Below, piece by piece: positions 25,532-38,420 of a DNA stretch of 64,000 nucleotides; position 1 is the stretch's first letter, and every line of letters starts with the position of its first letter. The translations under genes and the position numbers were made by a program. This DNA is from Camelus ferus (taxonomy: Eukaryota): contig NC_045697.1 in NCBI RefSeq assembly GCF_009834535.1, positions 90,336,001 to 90,400,000 on the forward strand, written 5' to 3'. A model generated the notes under the pieces. It saw only the letters and a program-made list of their open reading frames with translations, was not told the origin of the DNA and did not search any database.

Positions 25532-26611
25532 ATAAAGAATTATCTATTTCAAAGTGGTTTGAGGCCAAAATCTTTGTTTCTAGGCTTTCCCAAGAGTATA
25601 GTCTTTCTAAGATTAGATGGAGTAATGCTAATAGTTCTGCAGTGGAAGCAGACCAGCATTTCTTGTTTTGAGTGGACAAATAACACATTTTTATATATAC
25701 CTATGTCCACATTCATAATAAACCCCAGTAGTGAAACAAAATGTCAAAACTTTAATTCTAACAAAAAAAAAAAAAAAACAGTTTAACTCTTTCTTTCACA
25801 GTCCCTCCATTCTTTAATTTTCTCTCACCTCAGTCCCCAAGACACAAAAATTCACACATCTCTTCCCTATAACCACCATTCTGCTTCCAGAGGTTCTGTG
25901 AGTTTTGGCTACTTTAACTTACAACTATATTCATAATAATCTGGAGAAAATTATATTTAAATTAGGATTCATAACATTAAAAACAAAGAAGGACAAATGG
26001 GCATCAGTATCGCAAATCAATGTCTTACACATGCATGACCAAAAATCCACTGAAGAAAACAGAAATATGCCATCTCCATAAACAATGACTCACGACCCTA
26101 AGAAAATACAAACAGTGGTAAGAAAGAAGACTTTAAATAGAAATCCTTATTTGTGTCCTTTTCCTTGCCTCAAAATAACTTGCATAGAAAATAAACAAAA
26201 GACGATGAGTCAAAACAAAATAGACTAAAAAGATGAGGAGCTTTCAAATGGATAGCTCTATATTATTCAATGAGGAAGCAATAAAATTAATAATGAATTT
26301 GGATGCTTTCATAGATTTAAGAGTTAGTCTGGGCAAGAGAATGGAAGTTATTATAGAAGCATTTTTGCTAAGAGTTCAACATTTTGGAGCAAGCTTGGTG
26401 GCCAAGTTTGGCGACACAGCATCAGTATCATAAAACTGTAGAGTACTTGGAAAGCAGTATGTTACACTGGAGATCACTACATTGGTTTGGCAGACTTGAA
26501 TATTTTTATTAGGAAATATTTCCATTGCAACAGCAAATGGGATATTAAAAAGATCAGATCCAATTTTTAGGATGTTTATGATTAATATGTTGCATGACAT
26601 TTCCTGTGACA

Positions 26612-26643
26612 GGGAATTATGAACCATGGGAATTGTGAACCAT
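26612..26643. repeat. 16-bp tandem duplication
   Basis: GGGAATTATGAACCAT followed by GGGAATTGTGAACCAT (1 mismatch). Confidence 0.85.
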
Positions 26644-26861
26644 GTGTGCAATGTGTATACACGGATATGTGAAGTAAAGCACACCAAGTATATTTCTGCT
26701 AGCCAAGTGCCCATCTGTATGCACAGCACCAGTTCTGTAAAAATGCAGAACAGCAGTATGGAAGGACAAAGTGAAAAGCTCATTAAGCCTAAAGGTGGTG
26801 ATGATCACACCAACTCCTCATATTTACCCACTAAATTTCTTCCAGAAGGATTCATGGACGT

Positions 26862-26965
26862 GGGGGAGGGGAAGAGAGAAGGGGAGAGAGAGAGAGGGAG
26901 AAGGAGGAGGAGGAGAACAAAGGAGAGAGAAGAGGAGAAGGGAGGAAGGAAGGAAGAGAGGAGGC
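26862..26965. repeat. GA-rich polypurine low-complexity tract
   Basis: Seen directly. Confidence 0.9.
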
Positions 26966-27709
26966 AATAAAATACTGAGGATGTTATGCAATCAGTGTAT
27001 TTTTTAGGTACATTTAAACATACATAGATACGTAAAAAATATATATGTTTGTGTGTGCGGAGAGGGAGCAACCAAGAGAAAATGCACAAAAGAGATCTAA
27101 CTGTATATGAAACATTAATTTTCATACATACATGTCTAAGATCATGACAAATTATGGACAATAAGAGTCATATGGCCTATATTTGCAGGTCACCACTAAG
27201 TATTCTAGTCGACAGGTTACATGGAATAAAAATGACTTTATAAATCTAATTCATAACAAGTAAAAGTCCTAATATTGCTTAATTGATTTATTTGATGTCA
27301 GTAAGAGAAATCGTGTAGTACAACGGTTTACCATGGAGTAAACTATATATTTAAAACATCTACTTCAGGACTCTATATGTAACATTAATTAGCCCTCCTA
27401 GTTTTAAGAGATTACCATGCGGATTCATGCTTAAACAGAGGTTTAGCTTCTCGGCACATACAGCTTTCCTGATAAAGAAATGGAATCAGTATGACAAATC
27501 TGTGACTTCGAATTCATTTTCATGTTAAGAGAACATGCTGCCTTAATTAAAGTGAGGAAACATTATGATGAGACAAAAACAGCATAACAAGGAAGAAGGT
27601 TCAATTTAGATACAAATCTTTCTATAAGACAACTAGAATAAACGAAAAAAAAAAAAGGAATGAACCAGAAAACTGTTTACCATTCTTCTCGTTTTCCTGA
27701 AACTATCTT

Positions 27710-28101
27710 TTTTTAACATTTTTTATTGATTTATAATCATTTTACAATGTTGTGTCAAATTCCACTGTTCAGCACAATTTTTCAATCATATATGGACATA
27801 TACACACTCATTGTCACATTTTTTTCTCTGTGAGCTACCATAACATTTTGTGTATATTTCCCTCTGCTATACAGTATAATCTTGTTTATCTATTCTACAA
27901 TTTTGAAATCCCAGTCTATCCCATCCCACCTTCCGCCCCCCCTGGCAACCACAAGCCTGTATTCTGTCTATGAGAATGTCATTCCAAGTGAAGTAAGCCA
28001 GAAAGAGAAAGAAAAATACCATGTGAGATCACTCATATGTGGAATCTAAACAAACAAAAAACAAAAAACAAACAAACAAAAATAAAGCGTAAATACAGGA
28101 T
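27710..28101 (-). mobile_element. Young L1 with 5' inversion (twin priming)
   Basis: Poly(T) plus reverse 3'UTR at 27710-27974, then forward ORF2-end/3'UTR-start at 27972-28100. Perfect 12-bp TSD TGAAACTATCTT at 27698-27709 and 28102-28113. Both parts match the L1 at 56448-58120. Confidence 0.95.
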
Positions 28102-29110
28102 TGAAACTATCTTAATGGTATCTTGATAGAAGAAAATTTCTGCTAATGAAATAACTAAGAATGAGAGCCAAGCTACTCTATGAAATGCAAAGAAAATTAA
28201 ACATCTTTTACCAAAAAACACAAATAAGCTGAACTTTTCACAATAAAAATATATAGTTTCATCTCTTTAGAAAGGTCAAGTCATTATACTTAACCACTTG
28301 TCACTTCTGAGTGTACCGGAAGATGTTATGAACCAAACACTCCTCTCTCCAGAAAAAATTCAGTAAATCTGGACAGTATGTAGGCCTCTTGGAGGTCCGT
28401 GAGCCTGTGCATCTTTACAGGGGAGAGAATCAGAGCCAGTCAAGATTCTTTGCCTCATTACATCAGTCTTGAACTAATATATGAAATCAACGCATACATT
28501 TGAAGATATTTTGAGTTGTGGAAATTATGTTTTGAGTACTTAAAGAGGCAAATGAATTTTTCCCATTTTGCCTAGTTTAGATTAAAGCTACTGGCATCAT
28601 AATTAAGTATCAGTAAATGTAATTATATTTTAGTGCATTTTTACCAGAATTTCCTCAAATAATTGTGTTTATGGAATTTGGTAGGTTGGCATATTCTCCT
28701 TTCCAACCCTCTTTCTACCCCCAGCACGCTGAACAGATCTGACATACAAAAACCAAGTTCCAAGAACTTCAAGCACACAGTTCCATTAATTCAGTGTCTG
28801 TACTGTACATAAAGCTGGCAAATATTTTTCCCTTCATGTAACTAAGTATGTGACATTGTAGTGTCAGTCTCAACTTAGGACTAACGTATGGAGTTGCCTT
28901 TCCTTCACCCATCTTCAGTTCTAGCTCATACTGATGATCAGCCTTCTAAACTACAAAATCTATGCCTTAGTCAAAAACACCCTCAAATGGAGCAGATCCA
29001 TCTTCTTAATACAGAACACTTTGAAACTCCTATGGGAGGTAGGGGAGAATATGCAGGAGAGAGGGTAACATCAGCTTTCTACCACCACCGCTACCTCTCT
29101 CATAATGACA

Positions 29111-29486
29111 TTTTCTTTTTTGAAGTGAATATTACATACACTGATACACCCAGATCTCAAGTACACAATTCAATAAATTTTGAAAAAAGTATAGGCCCAT
29201 GTAACCAACACCCCAATCAAAATTTAGAACATGCACATCAAGCCCAGAAAGTTTGCATGGAACCATTCTAGTCCCTCCCTGTGCCCCCACAGGCAACCAC
29301 TGTTCTGATTTCTAACACCATATATTAATCTGACCATTCATGAACTGCATGTGAATGCATACAGAATTTAGTTCTCTGTATGTTTGGCTTTTTCTCTTCA
29401 AAACAATTGTTCTGAGATTCATGCATACAGTTTTATGTAATCATAGTTTGCTCTATCTTTTTGTCTCTCAGTGGATTTTCCACATG
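29111..29486 (-). mobile_element. L1ME-type 3' end
   Basis: AATAAATTTTGAAAAA..CCCATGTAACCAACACCCCAATCAAAATTTAGAACAT..AGGCAACCACTGTTCTGATTTCTA..TGAGATTCATGCAT. Confidence 0.75.
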
Positions 29487-29499
29487 TATTTGGTATTCT

Positions 29500-29950
29500 G
29501 CAGTTGTTGGGTAGGAAGAAAACACCCAGGGAGAAGTGAATTAAAGAGAAAGAGGAGAGAGTAAGACTGAGACGGAAAAGAGAGGAAAGAAGAGGTGAGG
29601 AGCCTGGAATACTAATGCTAAAGTGGTAGACAGAAAATAAAGTTTATAAGGAGAATATGGCAGCACTCGGAGAGGTAGAGAAGAATCTGAAATAGGAAAC
29701 AATTTTAGAGAATGGGTAAGTGTTGTAATATGCTATAAACAGAGCAAGGAAAGTAAGGACTGAAAAGTACCCACTGTATTTGGCAATTCCACAGGTACGA
29801 GAAACTTTGGTGTGAGCAATTTCAATAGTCAGGTGACGGTGAAAGACAAACAATCATTGATCCATGCAGTAGTAAATGGGACATAATAGTTTAGACAATC
29901 TTTTGCAAGGAAATAAAGAAGGGAAACTGGCACAATAGCTAAATGGAAAA
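29500..29950 (-). mobile_element. L2 fragment
   Basis: AAGTAAGGACTGAAAAGTACCCACTGTATTTGGCAATT..GAGCAATTTCAATAG. Confidence 0.6.
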
Positions 29951-30099
29951 CCAAAGTAGAGAGAGAAATTTCTAACATGGGTGAGTATATATAGTTGAAA
30001 GGTGGGACCCTAAAATCTAGGATTGATGGAGCAAGACCCCAGAAAGGGTAGCAATCTCAGCTGGGAAGAGGTAAGGAGCAAGGAATGAAGCTGACAATT

Positions 30100-30315
30100 G
30101 TTAATAGTATGCTGGATTCCAAGCACTTGCTCATTCATATAAATACATTATCTTATTTAATCAACCCCATCAAATGGTTACTATCCTCAACTTGCACATG
30201 AGGACACTTTTTAGACTATAAATAATTCAACCATTGTTCCTCAGCTAGTAATTTGTAGGACCATGTTTCAAACTTTGTCTGTACAGTGCCAAAACACATG
30301 GTTTACACTGCACTG
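30100..30315 (-). mobile_element. MIR SINE
   Basis: ATTATCTTATTTAATC..ACTATCCTCAACTTGCACATGAGGACACT..CAGCTAGTAATTTGTAG. Confidence 0.65.
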
Positions 30316-31189
30316 TCCCTTCCTCCAAAACGGGAGAAAAACATCCAGACAGACACATGTGAAAGTGGTGAATATGGGAGTGTGAACCTCTGATCACCAC
30401 AATTTTCTGATGAAATTACTGACAGTGTTTGGACTGTTGATGGAATGGGATCTTCAGGGGACTCATGAAATCTGGAACAGTGCTTCTAATTTTCTGAGTT
30501 CAGACCAGAGGCAGGGCTCATTTAAAATGGAGCTAAGGAGAGAAATAGAAGAATTTGTAGAGATTCCAAACCTTATCATTTCAAGATATCTCCCCCTTGC
30601 ATTAAGAAACTAAGATGAAAAAGGTAGACTACCCTGTACTAGAAACCTCAATAATATTTGAAAATAGGATGGCTGTCATAAATAGAGAGATGATGCTTGA
30701 AGGAAGACTGCCGTGGGAGAAGAAAGGGCTAGTGACCCCATCACGAAATACTATTTAAGCAACATTCAAAAGGTAAATCAGGGACTTGGTTAGGTAATTT
30801 AGGAGCATCTTAAAGAGCTCCAGAGCTACCTGAGAGTGAAGAGCCCAATGAGAAGTAGAGTTTAATTTGTGTGAGATACTCCCAGTGGTTGCCCTCTCTC
30901 TTACTAGCAGAGGAAGGAACTTGGATGTGACCAGGGGAGATAAGTAACTGATCTATTAAAGTTTAGCTTCCCTACTTATATTGCTAGGTTGGTACAGACT
31001 AAGGGAAATTCATAACAGGTTCAGACTGCTTCCAGGTTGACGGACCTCAGCATGTACATGGAGAAGTACAAACGAGTAAGGGATAAAAGGAGGAGGAGGT
31101 GCTGGCAATTCAGAGGAACTGGAAAAGAAAGAATATATACCATAAGGGTGTGAAAGAGCTAAAGAAGAACTTCATGGGTTAATTCTATA

Positions 31190-31960
31190 TCAAAGTTCCC
31201 AGACTTTCCTAAAAGGTTTTTGACTGTCTTAATATTCTATTCCCAGCTCCCCAGGGTCTTCAGATCCCCCATATTGAAAGGGTACCCTCAGTTTTCCCTT
31301 GCTTGTCCAACCTCTTTTCTTAAAATTGCTTAAGACAGAAGACTAACAGATATGACAGCGATCAAGAGAAATGAACTATAGAAAAAGAAGTAACCCTGGG
31401 AAGAGGGAGTATGGTCTTTGATAGGTAAGAATGGAAAAAAGATATTGGGAGGGCTAACAGGTGAAACTGAAAATATGTCCATATTACATAACAAATTTAA
31501 GTTGATGAACATGTGTTCCAGGGCCTATGTTAAAAACAATAAAGGGCAGACTATTATGGCCATACATAAAGGGGCTATAAGTGATGGGGTGCCTACAGAG
31601 ATTAGGGGAAGAAGAGATAAGGAGAAGATAAAATATATATACTCAGCAATCTCTGCATCTTGGACCTTTCTGTGTGAAAACAGCTCTGCTTTCAACAAAT
31701 AACAAACTATGGAAAATACTATAATAAGTGCATTCGACTCTAACAAGCTTAGTACTAAAATTGTCAGCTCTCTCAGCACGTCAGAGTGGTTGGTAAAGCA
31801 GGAAATCTGCTTTAATTGGGAAAGCTAATATCCACTTTGTGCTACAAGTAAGACATAGGCAGAAAATGCTCTATGATCACAATCAATTCAGAGCTCTTCT
31901 ATAATGACAAATTGGGAGAAAGAGGCCAGATTCTATGTGGATAAATGCAGATGCCAAAAT
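31190..31960 (+). mobile_element. Possible highly degraded CR1 RT-region remnant
   Basis: Colinear faint motifs: GACTTTCCTAAAAGGTTTTTGAC (DF.KAFD-like), AISDGVP (VTSGVP-like) and WEKEARFYVDKCR (W..M.FNVDKCK-like). Confidence 0.3.
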
Positions 31961-32866
31961 CTAACAAGCAGCAAAGTTTGAGCTATGTTAATGTGGAACT
32001 ATGTTAATACAGACAGGCAAGTGATTGTCTGGAACAGTGGCAGCCCTAATTTTGATATACAAGGGACTTAAAAGACTGAATCTGGAATCCTGAAATGGAA
32101 TTTATATTAGAAGCACACTGTAGTTAGATGATATGTTTATGTAGGGTGGCTTTTTGGACACTGGAATTAAGAAGAGTGAAGCCCCTTTCCAAACCACCTT
32201 TGAATACCACCATAAAACTGGAAATGATATTAGCAAAATACTACTATCTAGTAAAAATAATGGGCATCAACTTTTAATCAGCAACATACACTTCCCCTAC
32301 TCAACAAAAGAAAGGTTTCAGGCCTCAAGACCCAAATACTGACTTCATCACTTTTCTGAGACAGGATCTAGGAGATACTTACATTATTGAGTATTAAGTG
32401 GTCTACTACATGATATGCTTGAAACTCACATTAGAGCTACACACAATATGGGCCAATATATGCAAATGGCTAATTGTCAAGCCTCCAGGGAAAGAGATTC
32501 CCACTTTGAACCCCATGGTGATATTTCAACAACCCTATTAGAAAGAACAATTATTTCAAAATTCCCATGTTTAACAGCAAATATGATTTTTTTTCCCTGT
32601 GATGTTGTCTAAAACCTATTAGCTTGTCAATGTCCCCACTAGGATTAATTCATCAGTAGCATTGAATTAAGAAGCATTTGTATCCATTGTTTTGCTAACA
32701 TCTTGTTGTTACTCCACGTGATTCAAAGAGTAGTAGTAATAGAAACCTGTATAACATACAAAATATCAGAGACTCACATTATCAATGGTGGTTGCCAAGG
32801 CCCAAGTGAGTTAATGCTCCAGGGACCAGAATCAAATCTCAGCTATTAAGCATCCCTAAAAATTGG

Positions 32867-33412
32867 TGTGGAGCCAGTTCAAAATGGCCCCAACGATCCA
32901 ACCTCCCTGTATTCACACTGTGTGTAGTCCCTTCCCACACTTCACCAGGCTGGCCTGTGACACCAGCAGAATACTACAGAAGTGCAAGTGGGATACTTCC
33001 AAGGCTAGATCATAAAAGACAGCAGGGTATCTGCCCTGGTCTTTCTTGGATCACTCGCTCTAAAGGAAATAGGTATCAATGTCTTGAAAACACTCAAGCA
33101 GTCCTATGGTAAGGTCTCCATAGAAAGGAATTGAGGTCTCCCACCAACAAACAACTCAGACTTAAAAGCCATGTGAATGAACCACCTTGAAAGCAGATCC
33201 TCCACCTCTAGTCAAGTTTTTAAATGACAGTGCCTGGGCTAATATCTCAATACCTCCTCATTGGAGACATCTGAGCTAGAACTGCTCCACTAAGTGCTCC
33301 CAAATTCCTGACCCAGAGAAATAGTGAGAGTGAAAAAAAAAAAAATCTTTATTATTGTCTTAAGCCATTTTATTTTATGGCAACTTGTTACACAGTAATA
33401 ATAACTAATACA
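32867..33412 (+). mobile_element. MLT1F-like solo LTR
   Basis: TG..CA ends. AAAATGGCCCCAACGATCC, CTTCCAAGGCTAGATCATAAAAGACA, CCAAATTCCTGACCCAGAGAAA and TTGTTACACAGTAATAATAACTAATACA. Confidence 0.88.
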
Positions 33413-36400
33413 AGTGAGTTTTATCCTTTCCATCCTGACGACCCTAGTCTGAGTTAAGTGATTCATCCGTGTTTCCCCAATGTCCCATGTTCATATCTAC
33501 TGTGTCATTTATCATCCGCTATTGAAAATGTTTGCTTATCTGCTTCCTCTTTGATACATTGTACCAAGTCAGCAACTGAATGCCAGGGAAGACAAATGTT
33601 GATGAACCAGCAGAAACAAGTAAAACCGGATACTTCAGGCTGGTCACAGTTTCAGGAGCAGTCTCACTCAGCCATAACCTTTTCAGATAAGAGTCACAGA
33701 TGCTAATCCAAAAACAAATTCAATTTGAACTCAGTGGAAAAGTACCTAGCACTTAAAAATGGGCTCAAAATAAGGTTAACTGACTGAACACTTATTGGAC
33801 AAATGAAATAAGTTGATCTCAGAAGGTTTTTTACATTCACTTCAGACAGCAATATTTGTAGAAGTGCATCATTCTAAAATGAAGCATAATATACAGAATG
33901 TTTACATTTCACCAAAATACACATTTATTAAAAGCAACCATTATTCAGAAGGGCAGCTGCCCACCATAGCAGCAGTATCATTAAGCATCTGTCTACTGCA
34001 CTATCATGTCCCCAAAATCACGCATGGATTCCTGATGCAGAATAGGGGCAGAGTAAAGATTTGTGGAAAGACTCAAAAAACCTGGAAATATTTTCAGTTT
34101 CCCTCACTAAGCTTCTTCCACATGACTGAAATGCAACTATAACCAGGCTTCCAGAACAACCACCAGGCTAATTCCATGAGCAGTATAGCATCAGGTCTGG
34201 GCCTGAGGATTTTCATTTATACATTCCTGATCACAGCTCTATCTGAATGTCCAATCTAGCATCAACCAAATATCATCCTGTCTATTATCACACCTTGATT
34301 TGAGAATCTAGGAGATACATGATTTGCAATAGGCAAAAGCACGTTTTACATTTCTCAAAATTGACCCTCTTTCCAAAGGGCCATGTGAAACCTTCAGGCA
34401 CCTCTGAATCTGACTCCAGCCATCCAGACAAGATGTATCTGACATTGGGAAGCCCAGTGCCACCTCAGTGCCAGGGGATGAGACACACCTAAAGCAGGAT
34501 ATGAAAGGAAACATTTCAAATGACAGTTTTATTCAACTACCTCTGAATCCCTCATTGGTGACTGATAAATCACAACATAAGTGATTCTTTTTAATTTCCA
34601 GACTGCTAAGGAGTCCTGTTCATTCCTCTCTATGGTAACTAGTCTAGTCTCACCAGCAATCGAAAAAATCTGCACAAAATAATGTTTTTCCATCATCCAG
34701 AGCTGTTGCAATGTTGAGAACCATAAATACTGAATATGTGCACTTAGTTCCCAAATTCGTAGTAATACTATTGTGCCAAATTCTCATTCTATGCAATGCT
34801 CTCAAAATTCCCCCTGAGTATGGAATAAAATGAGAATCTAGTCTCATACTCTGTTTCAGACATGAGGACTTTTACCTGAGGATTTCAAAGCATGTTATAA
34901 CTGAGGTTAAATGATTTGTTGAAGGCTACTCAACAAATCAGCAGATTACATCCAAATTACTTAGCTCTAAATTCCACTTTTTTTCCAAAGTACAATTATC
35001 TGGGATTTGCTGTAGTGGCACTAGAATTGCATGATGTACTCACTGATCAATGATTCGTTCTTATCCATTCTTATTAAAAGAATGACCACACAATCTTACC
35101 CCCTCCCCCAAAAACAAATTTAAAAGTTCCTTCTTTTCAGCAAAAAGGCAACAGAATTAGTCTAAACCTACTATTGAGCAAATATAATCTTGCTTCATGT
35201 AAAACTGACAAGAATATGTTACAAGAGAAAAGTTAAGTCTTCAACATGAAATTGGATCTAAATGGACCTCCTTCCTTCCATCCTGAGTATGTGAGTCCAT
35301 TATACTCATAAAATATGGCTGTTTGGTCCTCTCAGTTGCCTTGAAACACAACTGACAGATGTAATTTGAAATCACTATCAATAAAACCTGGAGCCATATT
35401 TTAGACACATGAAACTTTATGTGTTATTTCTCATATCTAAGAAAGAATTCTCTATTTTACTCATTTCATATAATTTTCCCCAAAATAATGACTTTTAGCA
35501 TGAGTTATACTTAGCCTTTGAAAACACAAAGTTGTTACCAATCTGAAGCCGTAACTCTTCCAGATTTTAGATTACAATTTCAAAAGTTATTCTCTAACAA
35601 AGAGAATTATAGAGCCAGCTGATTACAAAGATTTGGATCATCTGGTAAGACTTGTGTCCAAAAGAACAGATTGCAACTCTGAACATCTAAGATCAAAAAA
35701 AAAAAAAAAAGTCATTCTGGCCGTCCCTGAAATTTAAGCCTTCAAATCAACCTATTCAAAAAGAACCTAGTCAATGTGCTTGATCAAAATGCCCAGATTA
35801 ATTTGGTAACAATAGGGAAGAAAGCCCTAGAATAAGAAAAACACAATTTCTAAGTACTGCAACTTCTTGAATTTTCCTACAGTCTCACATTCAATCAACA
35901 ACCTATATTAATTAATTTTTCAATTATAAAAAAATAGGGAGTATATATTCAAGTATAAATGAATTTTAATCATCTGGATGTTCCCCAGTAGATGGAAGAC
36001 GTACTCTATACATACACCTGAGATATAATTCTTATTGACAGTAAATACAGTAAGTCTTTCTTGGATAATTTTGAGGATTTGATACATATTCTAATGGGAA
36101 TATAAAAAATGTTAGTGCTAATGTTACTTACATCTATGATGTGTCACATTAAATTAGCAGTAGATAATGTGTTTGGTTCCCAAATGTTCTCAAGTGTACA
36201 TTTAAAAAACAGTATAAAAACACAATAGCAAAATTGAAATAAAAAGATGAATAGAAAATGTGATGATATCCTGACAGAAAACTACAACCAATTCTTACAA
36301 AGCTAACCAGCTTTGAAAAGTATCCAGGAATTCAAGAGAAATGTATAGTTTTCAACTAGAATGATTCAAGTCATTCACTCTATAAAGAGTGGTCTCCCCA

Positions 36401-36538
36401 AGCTACAGTGAGTTCATGAAACCTAAAACCAAGTTTTCCACCGGAGCACTTTTTTCAAAAAGAAATTTAAAAGCAACAATGAAAACAAAAATTTTAGCAT
36501 ATTTTTCATCTAAAAACAAAGTTTCCATTTTTTGTATT

Positions 36539-36980
36539 TGTATCAATTAGCTTTTGCTTGCATACAAAATTACCCCAAAACTCAGTGGCTTGAAATAACA
36601 TTTTTATTTCTTATGATTCTAAGGGTTGGCTGAGCAGACCTTCTGGTCTATACCAGCTTGGCTGGCACTGAACAATCTACAATAGCTCACTCACATGTCT
36701 GAGGGTTGGCAGGCTTGTTGACCTAGGGAAACCATAGCTAGGAGAGCTTGTCTCTATTCTATGTGGTATTTCATCCTGAGACACAGCAATCTCAGGATGG
36801 TAGAGAACAGCAAGATAGAGTAAGCTCTAGTATGCAAGCACTCCTCAAACACCTGCTTGAATCAAATTTCCTAGCATTCAGTTAACCAAGGTAAGTTATG
36901 TTATCAAACCTAGAGTAAAGGGCAGAGAAAATAGACTCCATTTTTTATATATTTGTGTCTTCTTTTTTCAACTAACCACA
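36539..36980 (-). mobile_element. MLT1H-like solo LTR
   Basis: TG..CA ends with 5-bp TSD GTATT/GTATC. Contains ACAAAATTACCCCAAAACTCAGTGGCTTGAAATAAC. Confidence 0.82.
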
Positions 36981-37539
36981 GTATCTTCAACTTTATATCA
37001 AAAGCCTTGTTTAGGATTTAAGACATAGGGAAATTTTTCTTAATTCCAATGTTAATGTTGCTTCTCCACTTCTGAATTGATGCTGTAATCTTTCTTCCTG
37101 TTTTACGGTCTTCATTTCTTTTCTTTCTCTCCCAACCTTACCCAGAATATCAAATAAAGAGAGAAGCTAACAAGGTAATGTAAAATACCAAGATTAATGA
37201 GAGAAAAGACAGGACTATTATGAAATCCTTTATATTTCAAGCCAAAAGAAAAACCATCTTAAAATTTCTAATTTGCTTTATATCCCATGGATGTGACCCT
37301 AGTACAGGTCTGGTGTTCAGAAAAAACAATACTAATAATGATACTAGTAGCTGAAATTGACAAAACAGAACAAATTTGAGATCTAGGGTGGGCAAATTAC
37401 TTTTACTTCAAATAATGAAAAGTGGATGTTTTCTTAACATTGCAAAAACATATGTTATCCCTAATATGGAAGAGTAAGGTAATCCAATTTTTTAAAAAAC
37501 ACTATTCAGAAGCAATAATTCAAAAGCTAATGCCAAACA

Positions 37540-38420
37540 TAATTCAGCTCGCTCTGCTAATATTATTTGAGTAATGAAAACCTAGTTTTCAGAAAAAACA
37601 TCTAATATGGCGGCAGCCATTTTGTTTAACACAATCTGATCAAGAACACTTCATCATGGGTAAGTCACAAGAAAGAGTTTCATTACCATCTAATGGCAAT
37701 TAAATAACCACTGACATCATTGGTAGGAAGTATCTTTCATCACCATTTCAGATTTCGTGAAATAGCAGGAAACGTGATTTTGTTATTGTAGTGGTAATGT
37801 GTAACAGTCTCATAAAAGTAAAAACAGAGTTTGAGATTTAATGACAGTCACTATCACTTTTTTGTTTAAGACAAAGTAACTATATGCATTTGATCAAACC
37901 TCCAACCAGACTGGTAAGGCATCTTTTTCTTGTCAGTGAAACCAGTTTACTCCATCATAGAATTGATTATTCCAACCTAATAATAAATGCAGTCGGCAGT
38001 GTGATTTAAAGTAGAACTGTGCATGTGGAAGTAAGAATAACACATACATTTTTCTACTGGTATCTTAAGATAATCACATTTCTTACTTTTGCCTTTAAAC
38101 CCACTCCTAAACTTTTTCTTTTATTTGGTCAATATATAATAGAATCTTCATGAAATGCTTTTACCTTGCATTTACCAAAATGCAAAATAACATAATTTTG
38201 TGATATTTCATTTAATTCAGTAATTGTTTCCATATTTTTTGGCTCTCTCTGGTTAGTGTCAAACTGTTTCGATTATTAGCTGATGAAAATGAAATTTTTT
38301 TCCCCTCAAGAAAGTGTTCAGCTTTCATTTAATAAATGTTATTTCCTCTGATATCACGGAGCACTTGCAAGCACTTCTTAACCATTTAATTCATGTGCTT
38401 CACATTTCTGATTTTACTAC
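37540..38420. promoter_or_regulatory. Candidate conserved non-coding/enhancer block
   Basis: No recognisable repeat and several retained CpGs. Inverted YY1-like pair at 37604-37624 and TAAT-N4-ATTA at 37691-37702. Conservation not tested. Confidence 0.35.

Noticed and set aside
26376..27161. Cluster of 114-135 aa ORFs
   Set aside because: Driven partly by the GA-rich tract; no recognisable domain or exon structure.
37588..37657. C/D-box snoRNA-like spacing on the minus strand (ATGATGA..CTGA)
   Set aside because: No terminal stem and no recognisable rRNA/snRNA guide.
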